Assembly (NCBI RefSeq): GCF_004010195.1
Contig: NC_057759.1
Span: 6,307,255-6,354,544 of the forward strand
Direction of reading: 5' to 3'
Length of the DNA stretch: 47,290 bases
DNA from: Chiloscyllium plagiosum
Taxonomy: Eukaryota
Below, in pieces: positions 34,560-47,290 of the stretch; position 1 is the stretch's first letter; each line of letters opens with the position of its first letter. The notes beneath the pieces were generated by a model, which was not told the DNA's origin, did not search any database, and saw only the letters and a list, made by a program, of their open reading frames with translations. A program made the translations under genes and the position numbers.

Positions 34560-34907
34560 TTTAAATAATAATAATTACGATAAAATATTAAATTTTAACT
34601 TAGTTGCAGACGGATGTTTGCGTTTGAATGTTTAATTTAATCTCAGTGTTGTCAGAGTGAATTCGGCGGGAATTTTTAAACTGACCAACTGTCATTTCAC
34701 GTTCCCCAATCAGTCTCCAACAATTCTTTTCCGTACCTTCCGGAGCTGTTTCTGTGTTGAGGGCTGTATCCTTCTCTGTGTTGAGGGCTGTATCCAATTC
34801 CAGATCTCGGGCGGGCTCTCCATTCCCTTAAACAGGCAGCACCGCAGTAGCGTCAGCATTGACAGCAGTGGCATGTGTGTGTTGTAGATATTTGAAGAGA
34901 ATGGCAG
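34560..34907 (+). pseudogene. H3 remnant: promoter, 5' UTR and ATGGCAG only; the rest of the CDS is absent
   Basis: Inverted paralog of 7283-7620 (TTGAAGAGAATGGC matches the intact H3 start). TATA is altered to TTAAACAG. The sequence switches to Tx1 right after the ATG. Confidence 0.9.
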
Positions 34908-35988
34908 TCTTGAGAGGAGCGTATCAGCAAAGTGAGGCAGAGACTGGGCAGATGGAAGCTACGGTCGCTCTCCATCGCGGGAAAAAACCTAGTCATCAGG
35001 TGTGAGGCACTGTCATTGCTATTTTACGTGGCACAGGTCTGGCCTATTCCCAGAACCTGTGACCCTGCTGTCACCCGGGCCATCTTCCAGTTTATATGGG
35101 AGGTCAAAGATGGACCAGGTCCGAAGGGACTCGCTGTACAAAGATCTGGGCAATGGGGGAAAAATACACCCAATGCCACCCTCACCCTGATGACCACCTT
35201 TGTGTGTGGCTGCATCAAGCTGTGCGTGGATCCCCGGTACGCAAACACCAAGTGTCACTACGTACTGAGGTTCTACATGTCCCCGGTGTTGCAAAGGATG
35301 GGCCTGGCCTCGCTGCTGCGGAACGCTCCAAGTAGTTGGACCGTTCCGTATCATCTGTCCTTCGGAGAAGTTTATGAAGAAAAACACCTTTGACCACAAG
35401 TCCATCAGGAAGTGGTCAACACATAGTGTCCTCGAGACCCTTCAGGAAAAGGAGAGGGCGGATCCTATCGAGCGGTTCCCTGAGCAGACTGTCAAAGCCA
35501 TTTGGCAGAATGCCTCATCGCCAGAACTTTCCAACAAGCACCAAGACGTGGCTTAGCTGATAGTGAGAAGGGCTTTGCCTGTGAGATCCTTTATGCACGC
35601 CCGGACTCTCAGCACGTTGACCTCGAAGCAGCTGCGGGGGGACGAGACTGTCACACACCTCCTTCTGGAATGTGTCTATGCAGAAGAAGTCTGGAGAGGA
35701 ATGCAGTGGTGTTTGTCGAGGTTTGTCCCGAGCAGCGCCGTGACGCGGGACTCCGTGCTCTACGGCCTGTTCCCCGGGACGCACACCGAGACGAACATCA
35801 ACTGTGCCTGGAGGATCATCAACTCGGTGAAGGACACTCTCTGGGTGGTCCGAAACCTGTTGATCTTTCAGCTGAAGGAGTTGACCCCGACTGAGTGTTG
35901 CAGACTGGCACATTCCAAGGTCCAGGACTACGTGTTGAGGGACGCGCTGAAGCTGAGGCAGCTGCCGCCAATGCACGGTGGGGAAAGA
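34905..35988 (+). mobile_element. Tx1-clade non-LTR retrotransposon, ORF2 C-terminal fragment truncated at both ends
   Basis: (W)EERISKVRQRLGRWKLRSLSIAGKNLVI...AIFQFIW; WQNASSPELSNKHQDVA; CGGDETVTHLLLEC (zf-RVT/CCHC); RDALKL. Stops and frameshifts present; no 3' UTR or tail. Confidence 0.88.
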
Positions 35989-36574
35989 ACTGTCATGTGA
36001 ACACAACAGAAACTGACAGGCGTAGATTGATAGCTGCTCTCACCAACTCACCCTGCAGAAACTGAAAGGGAGAGCATGATACTTAAACACACCCCTCACA
36101 CTCCCCACACACACTTTACAAACACTGGCACGTAGTCTGATAAATGCATTTGCACCTTTATAAACTAGACATTGACAGATACAGATTCATAGCTATATCT
36201 TGAGATACACAGAGCAGAATATAACAGGGACAGATTGTTCAATCACACTCAAATGCACATGGCAGGACATTTCAGAGGAAGACTCATAACTGCATTTTCA
36301 TTCACAAAGCAGAAACTGACAGGAACAGATTGATAACACTGTTTCAAATGACTTAAATTAACATGTACAGTTTGATAATGACACTCTCATACTCACAGGA
36401 GACACTGACAGGTAGAGATTGATAATAAAATAAGTTAGTGTTACATTTGAGGTCTAGTGACCCTTCCTCAGAACTGACTGTGTGCATTCTCCTAGCTGCC
36501 ATGTGGTCTTCTCTATTCTGGGGAAACTGAGCGTAGATCGAGTGTCCACTTTCTGTCCAGAAAACAAGGCCCTG

Positions 36575-37135
36575 AGCTTCCACTTGCCTGCCACTTCAAC
36601 ACGCCACCCAGTTCCCTGATGAACATCTCTGCCTCAGGCTTGCTGCAGTGCTCCAGCTAAAACTCAGTGCAAGATTAGATTAGATTAGATTAGATTAGTA
36701 CTGGCTGGAAGAACAGTACCTCATTTTCTGCTTGGGAATATAACAGCCTTCTGGACCCAATATTGAGTTCTACAACTAGGGCTAGAGCTTTCCCATGTCA
36801 TTACCCAGAACCTCTCACACCAGGCCTTGTTATCACAAGGTCTGCTATTATACACCAACAGTCACTAACAGTCCCTGTTAATAGTGATTCACCTTCCTCG
36901 TCTGACCGTGATCTTTGTATTCTATATCCATCTACCATTTACTATTGACCCTTCAACATACCCTACCTTCTGTAGAAAAACTAATCACTTCCTGGCTACC
37001 ATCAATTCTCAGGAAGGGTTCCTGGACTGGAAATGTTAATTCTGATTTCTGTCCATAGATTCTGTCAGACCTGCTGAGCCTTTCCAGCAACTTGATTTTG
37101 CTTCTGATTTCCAGCATCCGCATTCTTTTGCTTTT
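36575..37135 (+). mobile_element. Old Penelope 3' fragment (GIY-YIG C-terminus plus terminal repeat) with an (ATTAG)5 insert at 36674-36698
   Basis: ACHFN...LEEQYLIFCLG..QPSGPNIEF. Confidence 0.7.
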
Positions 37136-37424
37136 CATTTAGAGATTAATAACTAAATTTTCATATTCACAGAGCAGAAACTACCAGAAAATTGCTAACT
37201 ACATTCACATGTTTACAAAAGAAAATTTGTCAGACAAACATTGATAAATACACTCACATTTACATTAAAGAACCTAACTGGGAAGGATCCTTAACTAAAC
37301 TTAACTAAAACCTTCACAAACCTGACAGAGACTGTTAAACACTAAAATCTCCCATTCACATAGCAGAAAGTGGCAGGCTTAGACTGACAATTACCCAAAC
37401 CCATTCACCAAGCAGATATCCTCA

Positions 37425-37960
37425 GGAGGCTAAGGAAATTCATCATGTCTATAAAGACTCATGCAAGTTTTTATAGATGCACCACCTTTCTGGATGCGTC
37501 ACAGTGTGGTATGGCTACTGTTCTGCCCAAAACCACAAGAAACTACAGTGAGTTGTGAGCACAGCCCAGCCCATCACTGAAAGCAGTCTTCCATCCAAAA
37601 GGCTCTCTTTACACTTGCCCCTGTCTCAGGAAAGCAGTCAATATAATCAAAGACTCATCTGACACCGGTTCTACGCTCCTCCACTGTGGTCTATCAGGTA
37701 GAAAATACAGAAGCTTGAATACACCATCCAACAGATTCAAGAACTGATCCTCTGCTGTTATTAGACTTTTGAATGCATCTCTCAAATTTTAATGTTAATT
37801 TCTCTCTCTGCACCTTTGCTGCAGCTTTAACACTTCATTCCAGATGCTGTTTTATTACCCTAATGCAGTTTGTATGATATGATCTGCCTGTAAGGCACTT
37901 AAAACAATACTTTTCATTGTATCTCTGTACATGTGAGAATAATAAATCAGATCAAATCAA
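37425..37960 (+). mobile_element. Rex1/Babar-like LINE 3' fragment (tail paralog at about 24186-24350, -)
   Basis: FYRCT...SGCVTVWYGYCSAQNHKKLQ; tail AATAAATCAGATCAAATCAA. Confidence 0.65.
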
Positions 37961-39639
37961 GTGAATAACTATACTCTCATGTTGCAGAATCTGAGAAGTA
38001 CAGGTTGATAGCTACAGTCACACAACCTGACAGGAAATGAATAAATACATTCAAACCCTGACATTACAGCACCTGACAAGAAGGATTGATAATTAAACTC
38101 TTATTCACAAAGCAGAAACTGATAGTGACAGATGAAAGCTCAGCTCACACATTCACATAGCATAAACTGGCAGGAATTGACAATTATACAGACATATTCA
38201 CCAAGCAGAAACTGACAATAATAGATTGATAACTATATTTATGTATTCACACAAGAGTTTGAAAAGTGCAGATTGACAATTACAGTCTCACTTTGACAAA
38301 GAAGAAATTGACAGGTAGACAATGATAACTATACTAGTCACATATTGACAGGGACAGATTGGTATTGACTCTTTCAAATTGACGTGGTAGAAACAGATTG
38401 ACAATGACACTCTGGTGTCAAATAGCAAAACCTGACAGGTACTGTTTGATAATAGCACTGAGAAATTGATTATAGCTAAAACTGACAGGTGGAGATCAAT
38501 GTCTACATTCACACAGAAGATACTGACAGGTACAAATTGATGACAGCATTTAATATTCATACAGCAGAAACTGGCAGGGAAATACTGAGAATGACACACC
38601 CGTTCTCAAAGCTGAAACTGACAGGTTCAGGTTGATAACTACACTGTCAGATACACAGCAGAAACTGTTAGGGAAAGATTGTTAAGTAAATTCACACATT
38701 CACAACGGCAGAAACTGACAGGTATATATTGAGAACTAAACTCACATCCCCATCAGTGAAGCACACAGGGACTGATCCTATTTATTTAAAATGTATTTAT
38801 CAATCAATCAATCACTCAGTCTCTGCCAGTTTCTACTATGTGGATATGAGTTCAGTTATCAATCTATACCTGTCAGTTTATGCTATGTGAATGTAGTTAT
38901 CAATCTGTCCCTGTCACTCTCTAATTGGACATTGCAGAGAGTGACGGGGAGAGACTGATAACTATATTAACTCTCACATTTGCACGGCCTATACTGACAG
39001 GTACAGGTTGACAGCCGTACTCCCACATTCACCTCGCAGGAACTGACAGGTATGGATTGATTAGGAAACTCTCAGATCCTGATACAAACTTGTATTGGGT
39101 AGCCCCATTGTGGAGCTGTAGAGGTGTTGGTTAGTAGCTGGAGAGGTGTTGGTTAGTAGCTGGTTCTCAGTGAATTGGTATAGATTTCTTTTGTTACAAT
39201 CACTAGACAAAGAGCAACTCGGGCCAAAAATGGAGTCAGAACTGTAGTTCTGTTTGAAATGCTGGTTTGAAAGAAACACAGCCTCATAATTTTAAAATGA
39301 ATATTACATTAAGTGAATTTGACAGTATCAAACCTTTCAATGTTGATTTACAGGAGATGTCTCTTCTCTCTTCCTCCAGACAATTACATGAAGGAGCAAG
39401 ACACGGTACGAAACCAAGTGTGATCAGATCCTTCTAACAAACAGTAGGTGTGTTATCATTGTCAGACTGAAAAACATACTTTCCACAGTCACAGAACAGT
39501 TGAATTAGACACACATGGAACTCAATTTCTAGAGAGAAGTTTTCACAAGGATAGTCAAATACCACCAAGCAATTTTTTTTTTAATCCTTCTCCATTCTCA
39601 ATTCACATCATCCCATTTCCAATAAATGTATCATTCACA

Positions 39640-42300
39640 GCCATTGAGTCATCGAGATGTACAGCACTGAAGCAGACTCTTTGGTCCACTCATCCATGCC
39701 AACCAGATGTCAGAAACTAATCTAGTCCCATTTGCCAGCACTTGACCCATATCCATTTGAACCCTTCCTATTCATGTCCCCATCCAGATGCCTTTTAAAT
39801 GTTGTAATTGTACCAGCCTCCTCCACTTCCTCTGGCAGCTCATTCCTTACTCGTACCATCTTATGCGTGAAAAGGTTGCTGCTTAGGTCCATTTTAAATT
39901 TTTCCCCGTTTACCTTAAACCTACGCCTCTAATTTTGTACTCCCCCCACCTCAGGGAAGAGACATTGTCCCTCATGATTTTATAAACCTCTGTGGTCAAC
40001 CCTAGCCTGTTCAGCCTCTCTCTATAGCTCAAATCCTCCAACCCTGACAAATTCCTTGTAAATCTTTTCTGAACCCTTCAACATTTCACAATATCCTTCC
40101 AATACGAAGGAGACCAGTATTGCATGCACTATTCCAAAACTGGCCTCACCAATGACCTGCACAGCCACAACATGACCTCCTAACTCCTATACTCGATGCA
40201 CTGACCAATGAAGAAAACGTACCAAACGCCTTCTTCACTATCCTATCTACCTGCGACCCCCCTTTCAAGGAGCTATGAATCTGCAATCCAAGGTCTCTTT
40301 GTTCAGCAACAATCCCCACGATCTTACCATTAAGTCCTGTCCTGATTTGCCTTTCCAAAATGTAGCACCTCAGATTTATCTGAAAACTCCATCTGCCACT
40401 CCTCAGCCCATTGGCCCATGTGATCAAGACCCTGTTGTACTTTGAAGGAACCTTCTTTGCTGTCCAATTTTGGTGTCATCTGCAAACTTATTAACTATAC
40501 CTGCTGTGTTCAAATCCAAATTATTCACATAAATGATGAAAAGCAGTGGATCCAACACTGATACTGGTGGCACACCACTGGTCACAGGCCTCCAGTCTGA
40601 AAAGCATCTCTCCTCCACCACCACTCCCGTCTTCTACCATTGAGCAAGTTCTGCATCCAATTGGCTACCTTACCTGTATTCCATGAGATCTAACCTTGCT
40701 AACCAATCTCCCATGAAGAACCTTGTTGAACGCCTTACTGAAGGCCATATAGATCACATCCACCACTCTGACCTCATCAATCTTCTTTGTTACTTCTTCA
40801 AAGCAACTCATTCAAGTTCATGACACGTTTTCCCACGCACAAAACCATGCTGGCTATCCCTAATCAGTCCTTGCCTTACCAAATGCATGTCAATCCTGTC
40901 TCTCAGGATTCCCTCCAACATCTTGCCCACCACCAATATTAGACTCACTGGTCGACAGTTTCCTGGCTTTTCCTTACCACCTTTCTTAAATAATGGCACC
41001 ACATTAATAATTTTCCAGTCATCCAGCACCTCACTGCGACTATCAATGATAAAAAATCTCAGCAAGGTGCCCAACAATCACTTCCCCACCTTCCCACAGA
41101 GTTCAAGGGTGCACCTGATCAGGTCTTGGGGATTTATCCACTTTTATGCATTTCAAGACATCCAGCACTTTCTCCTCTGTAATATGGACATTTTTCAAGA
41201 TATCACTATCTATTTTCTCACATTCTATTATCTTCCATGTCCTCCTTCATAGTGAACACTGATGCAAAATACTCATTTAGTATCTTCCCCATCTCCCACG
41301 GCTCCACGCATCAGGTGCCTTGCTGATCTTTGAGTGGCTCTATTCTCTTCCTAGTTACTGTTTTGTCCTTAATCTATTTCTAAAAACTCTTTGCATTCTC
41401 CTTACTTCGACTTGCCAAAGATATCTCACGTCCCCTTTTTGTCCTTGGGATTTCGCTCAAGGACACTCCTTCTACCTTTATACTCTAAGGATTCACTCAA
41501 CTTCTCCTGACTATACCTGACATATGCTTCATTTTTTCTAAACCAAAACCTCAATTTCTCTCGTCATCCAGCATTCCCTACACCTACCAGTCTTTCCTTT
41601 CACCCAAACGGGAATATACTAACTCTGGACTCTTGTTATCGCATTTTGAAGGCTTCCCATTTTCCAGCCTTCACTTTACCTGCAACATCTGCCCCCAATC
41701 GGCTTTTGAAATTTCTTGCCTAATGCTGTCAAATTAGCCTTCCTCCAATTTAGAACTTCAGCTTTAAGACCCGGTCTATCCTTTTCCATCACTATTTAAA
41801 AACAAACAGATTTATGGTTGCTGGCTCCAAACTGCTTCCCCCACTGACACCTCAGTCACCTGCCCTGCCTTAATTCCCAGCAGTAGGTCAAATTTTGCAC
41901 CTTCTCTAGCAGGAACATCCACATACTAAATCAGAAACTTTCCTTGTACACACTTAATAAATTCCTCTCCTTCTAAACCCTTAATACTACGACAGTCCCT
42001 GTCTACATTTGGAATGTTAAAATCCTCTTCCATATCCACCGTATTATTCTTAGAGAACTGAAATCTCCTTACAAATTTGTTTCTGAATTTCTTGATGACT
42101 ATCAGGGAGTCTATAATACAATCCCAATAACATGACCATCCCTTTCTTATTTCTCAGTACCATCCAAATAACCTCCTGGATATATTCCCAGGAACATCGT
42201 CCCTAAGTACAGTAGTAATGCTATCCCTTATCAAAACTGCCACTCCCCTCCTCTCTTGCCCCCACTTTCTAAGCTTCCTGTAGCATTTGTGTCCTGGAAC
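39640..42300 (-). mobile_element. Decayed CR1 ORF2
   Basis: NVVPLFKKGGKEKPGNCRPVSL...DSQHGFVRGK; KFADDTKI. Confidence 0.9.
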
Positions 42301-42399
42301 GTGAAGCTCCTTCTCTTGGAACATTTACATGTTAACTAACCAATTTTCTTTGAATTTTAAAAGTCTCTTCTCGATCCAAGCCTTTAACACAAATGGTAC

Positions 42400-45300
42400 T
42401 TCCAGACAATGTTTGTAAAAACCTACTATTACAGCCTTTATATTCTTACATATATCTGAAATCTGTGTATATTTGTTCCTCAGTTTCCTTCTGACTGTTG
42501 GGGGGCCTATAGTACAGTCTCATCATGGTGATTATCCCTTTCTTATTTTCACTGGATGATCTTTTTCAGAAATATTTTCTCTAGTTAGAGCAGCAATGTT
42601 TTCCTTAATCAAAAACACCACTCTGCCTTCTCTTTTACCTGTCTTTCTATCCTTTCTATATCCCCCTCATACTTCTCGAATCTATTGAATACTGATGCAG
42701 AGTTATCCTCAATTGCTGTTTTTCTGACAAGTCCTTCATCCTGGGGTCATTCTTGTAAATGTACTCTGGGCTCCCTCCAACACAAGCACATCCTTCTTGA
42801 GATAGTGGGCCCAAAGCTGCTCACAATATTCCAAATGCAGTCTGACCAGCGCTGATAGAGCCTCAGCAGTACATCACTGCTCTTGTATTGTAGCCTCCTT
42901 GAAATAAATGTTAAAATGGCATTTGCCTTCCAAACTGCCAACTGAACCTGCCAGTTAACCTGAGGAGAATTCCTGAACAAGGACTCCCAAAGTCTCTTGC
43001 CTTTGAGATTTCTAAAGCCTTTCCCTGTTCAGATAATTATCAACATCTTTATTCCTTCTACCAGAGTGCATAACCTCACAATTTCCCATATTGTATTCCA
43101 TCTGTCACTTCTTCGTCCACTCTTGCAGCCTGTCTAAATCCTTCTACACCCTCCGCACCTCCTCAGCACTACCTGCCCCTCCACCGACATCTATCCCATG
43201 TGCAATGCCCTCAGTTCCTTTGTCCAGATCATTAAGGCATAACATGAATAATTGTGGTCACAAACTGACCCCTGTGGAAGTCCATGAGCCACCAGCTGCC
43301 ATTCTGTAAAAGACCATTTTATCCCAATTCTCTACCTTCTGCCAGGCAGCCAATTCTCTGCCTTTATCTTATTTAGCAGCCTGCTGTGTGGTACCTTATC
43401 AAAGGCCGCCTGGAAATGCAAATTGATTACACCCACTGGCTCTGTGTGTTGTCTAACTTGCTTGTTACTTCCTCAAAGAATTCAAACAGATTTGTCAGGG
43501 AAGACCTATCCTTAGCAAAGCTGTGCAGACTCTGCCCTATTTTACCATGCACTTTCAAGGACTCTGCAGCCTCATTCTAAACAAGGGATTCTCAAACCTT
43601 AGGAATGACTACGTTCTAGCTACGTAGCCTATAGTTTCCTGCCTCTGCTTCCCTCCTTTCTTAAACACATGTTGCATTAGCCATTTTCCAGTCATCTGGG
43701 ACCCTGCCTGACTCCAGTGCTTTCTGAAAGATCATCACCAATGCCTCTCCAATCTACTCCGCTGTCTCCTTCAGTTATCTGGAGTGTAGTCCATCCGGTC
43801 TTGATTTATCCACCTTCAGCTTCTCAGCACCTTCCCCTGACCAATGGCCAATGCACTCACTTCTGTCTCCACGTCTCCTTTGAAGTTCTAGACTGTTGCT
43901 GGTGTCTTCCACTGTTAAAAACTGATGGAAAGTACCTCTTCAGATCCTCTGCCATGCCGTGGTTCCCCATTACTACTTTTCCAGCATTGTTTTCAAGCTG
44001 TCCAATGTCTACACTTGTCTCTCCGTAACCAGTTAGATATCCAAAAGGGCGTGCAGCCCTCTTTTACATTAGTAACTCGCTCTCTCTCATATTTCACCTC
44101 TTATCCGCCCTCATCTTTTATTTGCTGTTTTTTAAAGACTTCCCAATATTCTGGCTTCCAGTAATCTTTACCACACTATGTGCTGCTTCTGTTGCCTTTA
44201 TGCTCTCTCTGACTTCTCATATCAAACAGGGTTGTCTCATCCTCCCCTTAGTATGTTTCTTCTTCCTTGGGATGAATTTCTGCAATGTCTCCTGAATTAA
44301 CCCAGAAACTCCTGCCATCGTTGCTCCACGATCTTCGCTGGTCGGCTATTCCTTCCAATCAACTCTGGCCAGCTCTACCCACATGTCTTTGTAGTTACCT
44401 TTACTCAATTGTAATCCCTTACATCTGATTCAATCTTCTCCCCCTCAAGCTGCAGGGTGAACTTTATTATGTTATAGCCACTGCCTCCGAGGAGTTCTTT
44501 CACTTTGAGCTCCCTAATCAAGTCTCCCTCGTTACTCATCACTAAATCCAGAATTACTTGTTGCTGAGTGGGCTCTACCACAAACTGATCCAAACAAATC
44601 TCTCAGATAATTCCACGTTTTCTTGAGAACCTGTTTTTCCCAGCTCACCTACATATTGAAGTCCCCCATGATTATTGCAACAGTTCCTTACATGCTTTTA
44701 TAATCTCCTGATTTATTTTCTCCCCCACACCGTGACAATGGCTAATGGCTTGTACACACGTTCTATCGGCATCTTTTTCCCTTTGTGGTTCCTGATCTCT
44801 ACCCTCACAGGTTCTACACCTTTTGACTCTATTTCGCTTCTTGCTGTCAATTTAATTTTATTTCTTGCAAACAAGGCAACCCCTCTGACTCTGCCCATTG
44901 CCTTTTTGATAGCTTGGATAATTAGTGAACAGCCCTGAACCCCCTGCAGCCTTTTCTCTGATACAACATTGTGAATGCCAAGTTTACTCTGGCGTACCAG
45001 CTGATTTACCTTGTTCTGTAGACCATGTGTATTTAGTTACAAGTCGCTCAGCCCTGCGTTAATTGTCCCTCTTCTCATAGGTGTCCCCTTACCTGCTGTG
45101 CTTGAAGTTAGATTCCTGATCCTTTCTGTACTTTCTGTCCTATTTTTTTGTTGTGGAAACTTTTAGCTGTGCTGAGCACTTCCCCATTTTGACTTTTCCA
45201 TAATTTTGCACGCAGCTGAAAAACAGCCCCCATATTTTAGTTTAAAGTTCAATATATAGGTCCTGGTTATACCATTCTCCATGACTCTGGCCTCAGCATC

Positions 45301-45900
45301 ATTCACGTGTAGCCTGTCCCATCAGAAGAGTTTCATCCTTCCCCAGTACTGTCTCCAATGTCCAGTGAATTCAAACCTCCTGTTTATCCTAGACCAATCG
45401 TTCAACCCCACACATCTTACTGTTATAATCTTGCTGATTTATGGCTCAAGTAGTAATCCAGAGATTTTTTAATTCTGTTTTTTAAATTTATCCCTGAGCT
45501 GCACATATTCCTTCAGTAGAACTTCTTCCCTCGTTCTGTCTATATCGACAACTGGATTGTTCCTCTGCAGCGTGAAGCCAGGCACCAGGCAGGCAAATCT
45601 GCCTTCGGGACTCTTTCTCCTTCCTCTTGAATGGCTCCCTCTCCCACAGTGCTGTGGTCAGTTTGCTCATCCTCCCTACAAACCTCACATACTCATCCAC
45701 ACAGGGAGCAAGAATCTCAAACCTGTTTGATAAGCTGAAGGGCTGAGGCTCATTTAGCACTACCCTCTGGTTTCCTCTATTTGCATCACTCATAGTCACA
45801 CCCTTTTGTCCCTGACCACTGATTGATTTGAGGTAGTTAATCTAAGGGGTGTGATTGCCTCCTGAAACAGAGCATCCAGGTAACTCCTGTGCCTCCCTGA
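42400..45900 (-). mobile_element. Older CR1-family fragments
   Basis: GVALFARNKI...VEIRNHKGKK; DQFVVEPT...LDLVMSN; C-terminal RT-like codons. Confidence 0.75.
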
Positions 45901-46179
45901 TGTGTGGCAGTGTTCGGAGATCAGACTTCAGCTCAACAATCTGAGCTGGATTCCCTCAACCAACACTTGTTATGGTTGTATTCGCTATGAACCACAATGG
46001 GGTCCACCTGCTCTGACATAATGCAATCATGACACTTCGCCTGGTCTGGCCCCTCCATTTCAATGACTTGGTGCTTAATTTGATTTTTAAACATTTCATA
46101 CTGAAAGAACATCCACTGTTGTTGGGGAGATTAATTGACCATGCTCAAGAAGCCAAAATTAAGTAAGTGCAGATATCTT

Positions 46180-46600
46180 GAAAGATTGTGTGGCTGGCAG
46201 AGATTACAGATGGTTACAGATGGGAATGATCAGTATCATAGAAGGATTTGAAAAGAAGGACAAGAAATTTGTTAAAATCTTGCTTTTCCTCAATTTGTGA
46301 CCTCTCCAGGTCAGTGAGCTCAGGGTGAGGAGAACAAAACTCTGAGTGAGCGCACGGGCAGCGGGGTGTTGGATGAGCTGAAGATTACAGGGAGGTTGAA
46401 AGTGGGAGGTGGATCAGGAGTGTGTTAGGGTCATTCAGTCTCGAGATGACAAACGACTGGATAAGATTTTCAGCACCTGGAACTGAGACTCTGTTGGAGT
46501 CAGGCCACATTACTGAAATGGAAATAGAACGTCACGGTGAGAAAGTGAGAAAGCTGAAAGGTGGTCTCCAAGTGTGATGTTCTCTTAATGTTGGGAAGAG
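46180..46600 (-). mobile_element. Old L2-like LINE fragment
   Basis: Minus strand AENLIQSFVISRLND.NTLL resembles the L2 motif AETLIHAFVTSRLDYCNSLL. Confidence 0.55.
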
Positions 46601-46876
46601 CCGGGTCCAGATAGTTACCTGAGGGGGTGATACAGTTGGACTTAGGAAGTCTGTAACAGGGACTGAGGCCTGCAGCTTTCAGAGAACAAAGGATCAGGAG
46701 TAGGCCTTTCAGCTGTTCCACTATTGAATGAACTCATGGCTGCTGTGTGTAGTTCAGCCTTTGGCCCATATCCCGGAATACCTTTGTTGAACAAAAGTTG
46801 ATCTGTCTCAGACTGAAAACTAACACCTTTTCCACCCTTTTCATATCAAAGTCATTACACACATCTCTCTCGAACA

Positions 46877-47290
46877 GGTGGAACTGAGAAATAAGAAAGG
46901 GATGATCATCTTATTGGGATTGTATTATAGACACCCCTCCCCAATAGTCAGAGGGAAATCAAGAAACAAACTTGTCAGGAGATCTCATCTATCTGTAAGA
47001 TTAGCAGGGTAGTTATGGTAGGGGATTTTAACTTTCCAAACATCGACTAGGACTGCCATAGTGTTAAGGGTTTAGATGGAGAGGAATTCCTTAAGTGTGT
47101 ACAAGAAAATTTTCTGATTCAGTATGTGGATGTACCTACTAGAGAAGGTGCAAAACTTGGGAAATAAGGCAGGGCAGGTGACTGAGGTGCCAGTGGGGGA
47201 GCACTTTGGGGCCAGCGACCATAATTCTATTCATTTTAGAATAGTGATGGAAAAGGATAGACCAGATCTAAAAGTTGAAGTTCTAAATTG
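46877..47290 (+). mobile_element. CR1 endonuclease-region fragment running off the window
   Basis: VELRNKKGMIILLGLYYR; VVMVGDFNFPNID. Confidence 0.85.

Larger units (their letters stand above)
26003..34907. repeat. Inverted segmental duplication, right arm; homology resumes at 35987-36200 against window 1-214
   Basis: As above. GAACTGTCATGTGAACACAACAGAAACTGACAGG (35987-36020) matches the reverse complement of 181-214. Confidence 0.93.
35990..39060 (-). repeat. Same ~47-bp repeat array in reverse orientation, interrupted by TEs
   Basis: Recurrent GAAACTGACAGG...GATTGATAACT. Confidence 0.8.

Noticed and set aside
26003..34907. Duplication as an uncollapsed allelic haplotype
   Set aside because: Substantial divergence and multiple arm-specific TE insertions indicate true paralogy.
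34901..35005. H3-promoter-driven H3-Tx1 fusion protein
   Set aside because: The H3 ATG is out of frame with Tx1 ORF2 and closes after about 34 codons; ORF2 itself has stops and frameshifts.

Overview
Eukaryotic, vertebrate DNA. The repeat content (HE1/V-SINEs, CR1, Penelope-type palindromes, Rex/Babar, Tx1) points to a shark or other elasmobranch; this is inference. The window holds one intact canonical histone H3.2 gene (6879-7289, -) and two intact copies of a divergent stem-loop linker histone H1 (8783-9493, -; 33215-33895, +). I saw no H2A, H2B or H4. The architecture is a nested inversion. An H1-H3 cassette is duplicated in inverted orientation (about 7283-16700 vs 26003-34907, plus 1-214 vs 35987-36200), and each cassette sits between older inverted arms. 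Each complete arm carries a 342-bp GC-rich element that is about 98% identical among three copies although its flanks are far more diverged. It has NRF1-type motifs, a splice donor and a matching downstream exon, so it looks like the promoter and first exon of an unannotated spliced gene family pointing away from the histone cassette. In the right-hand cassette about 7 kb, including all of H3 after its first two codons, is replaced by a 1.1-kb Tx1 LINE fragment truncated at both ends. The rest is decayed retroelements, a solo LTR, Penelope-type hammerhead-like palindromes, a degenerate ~47-bp tandem repeat and two N gaps. All alignments were done by eye, so TE boundaries and identity values are approximate.
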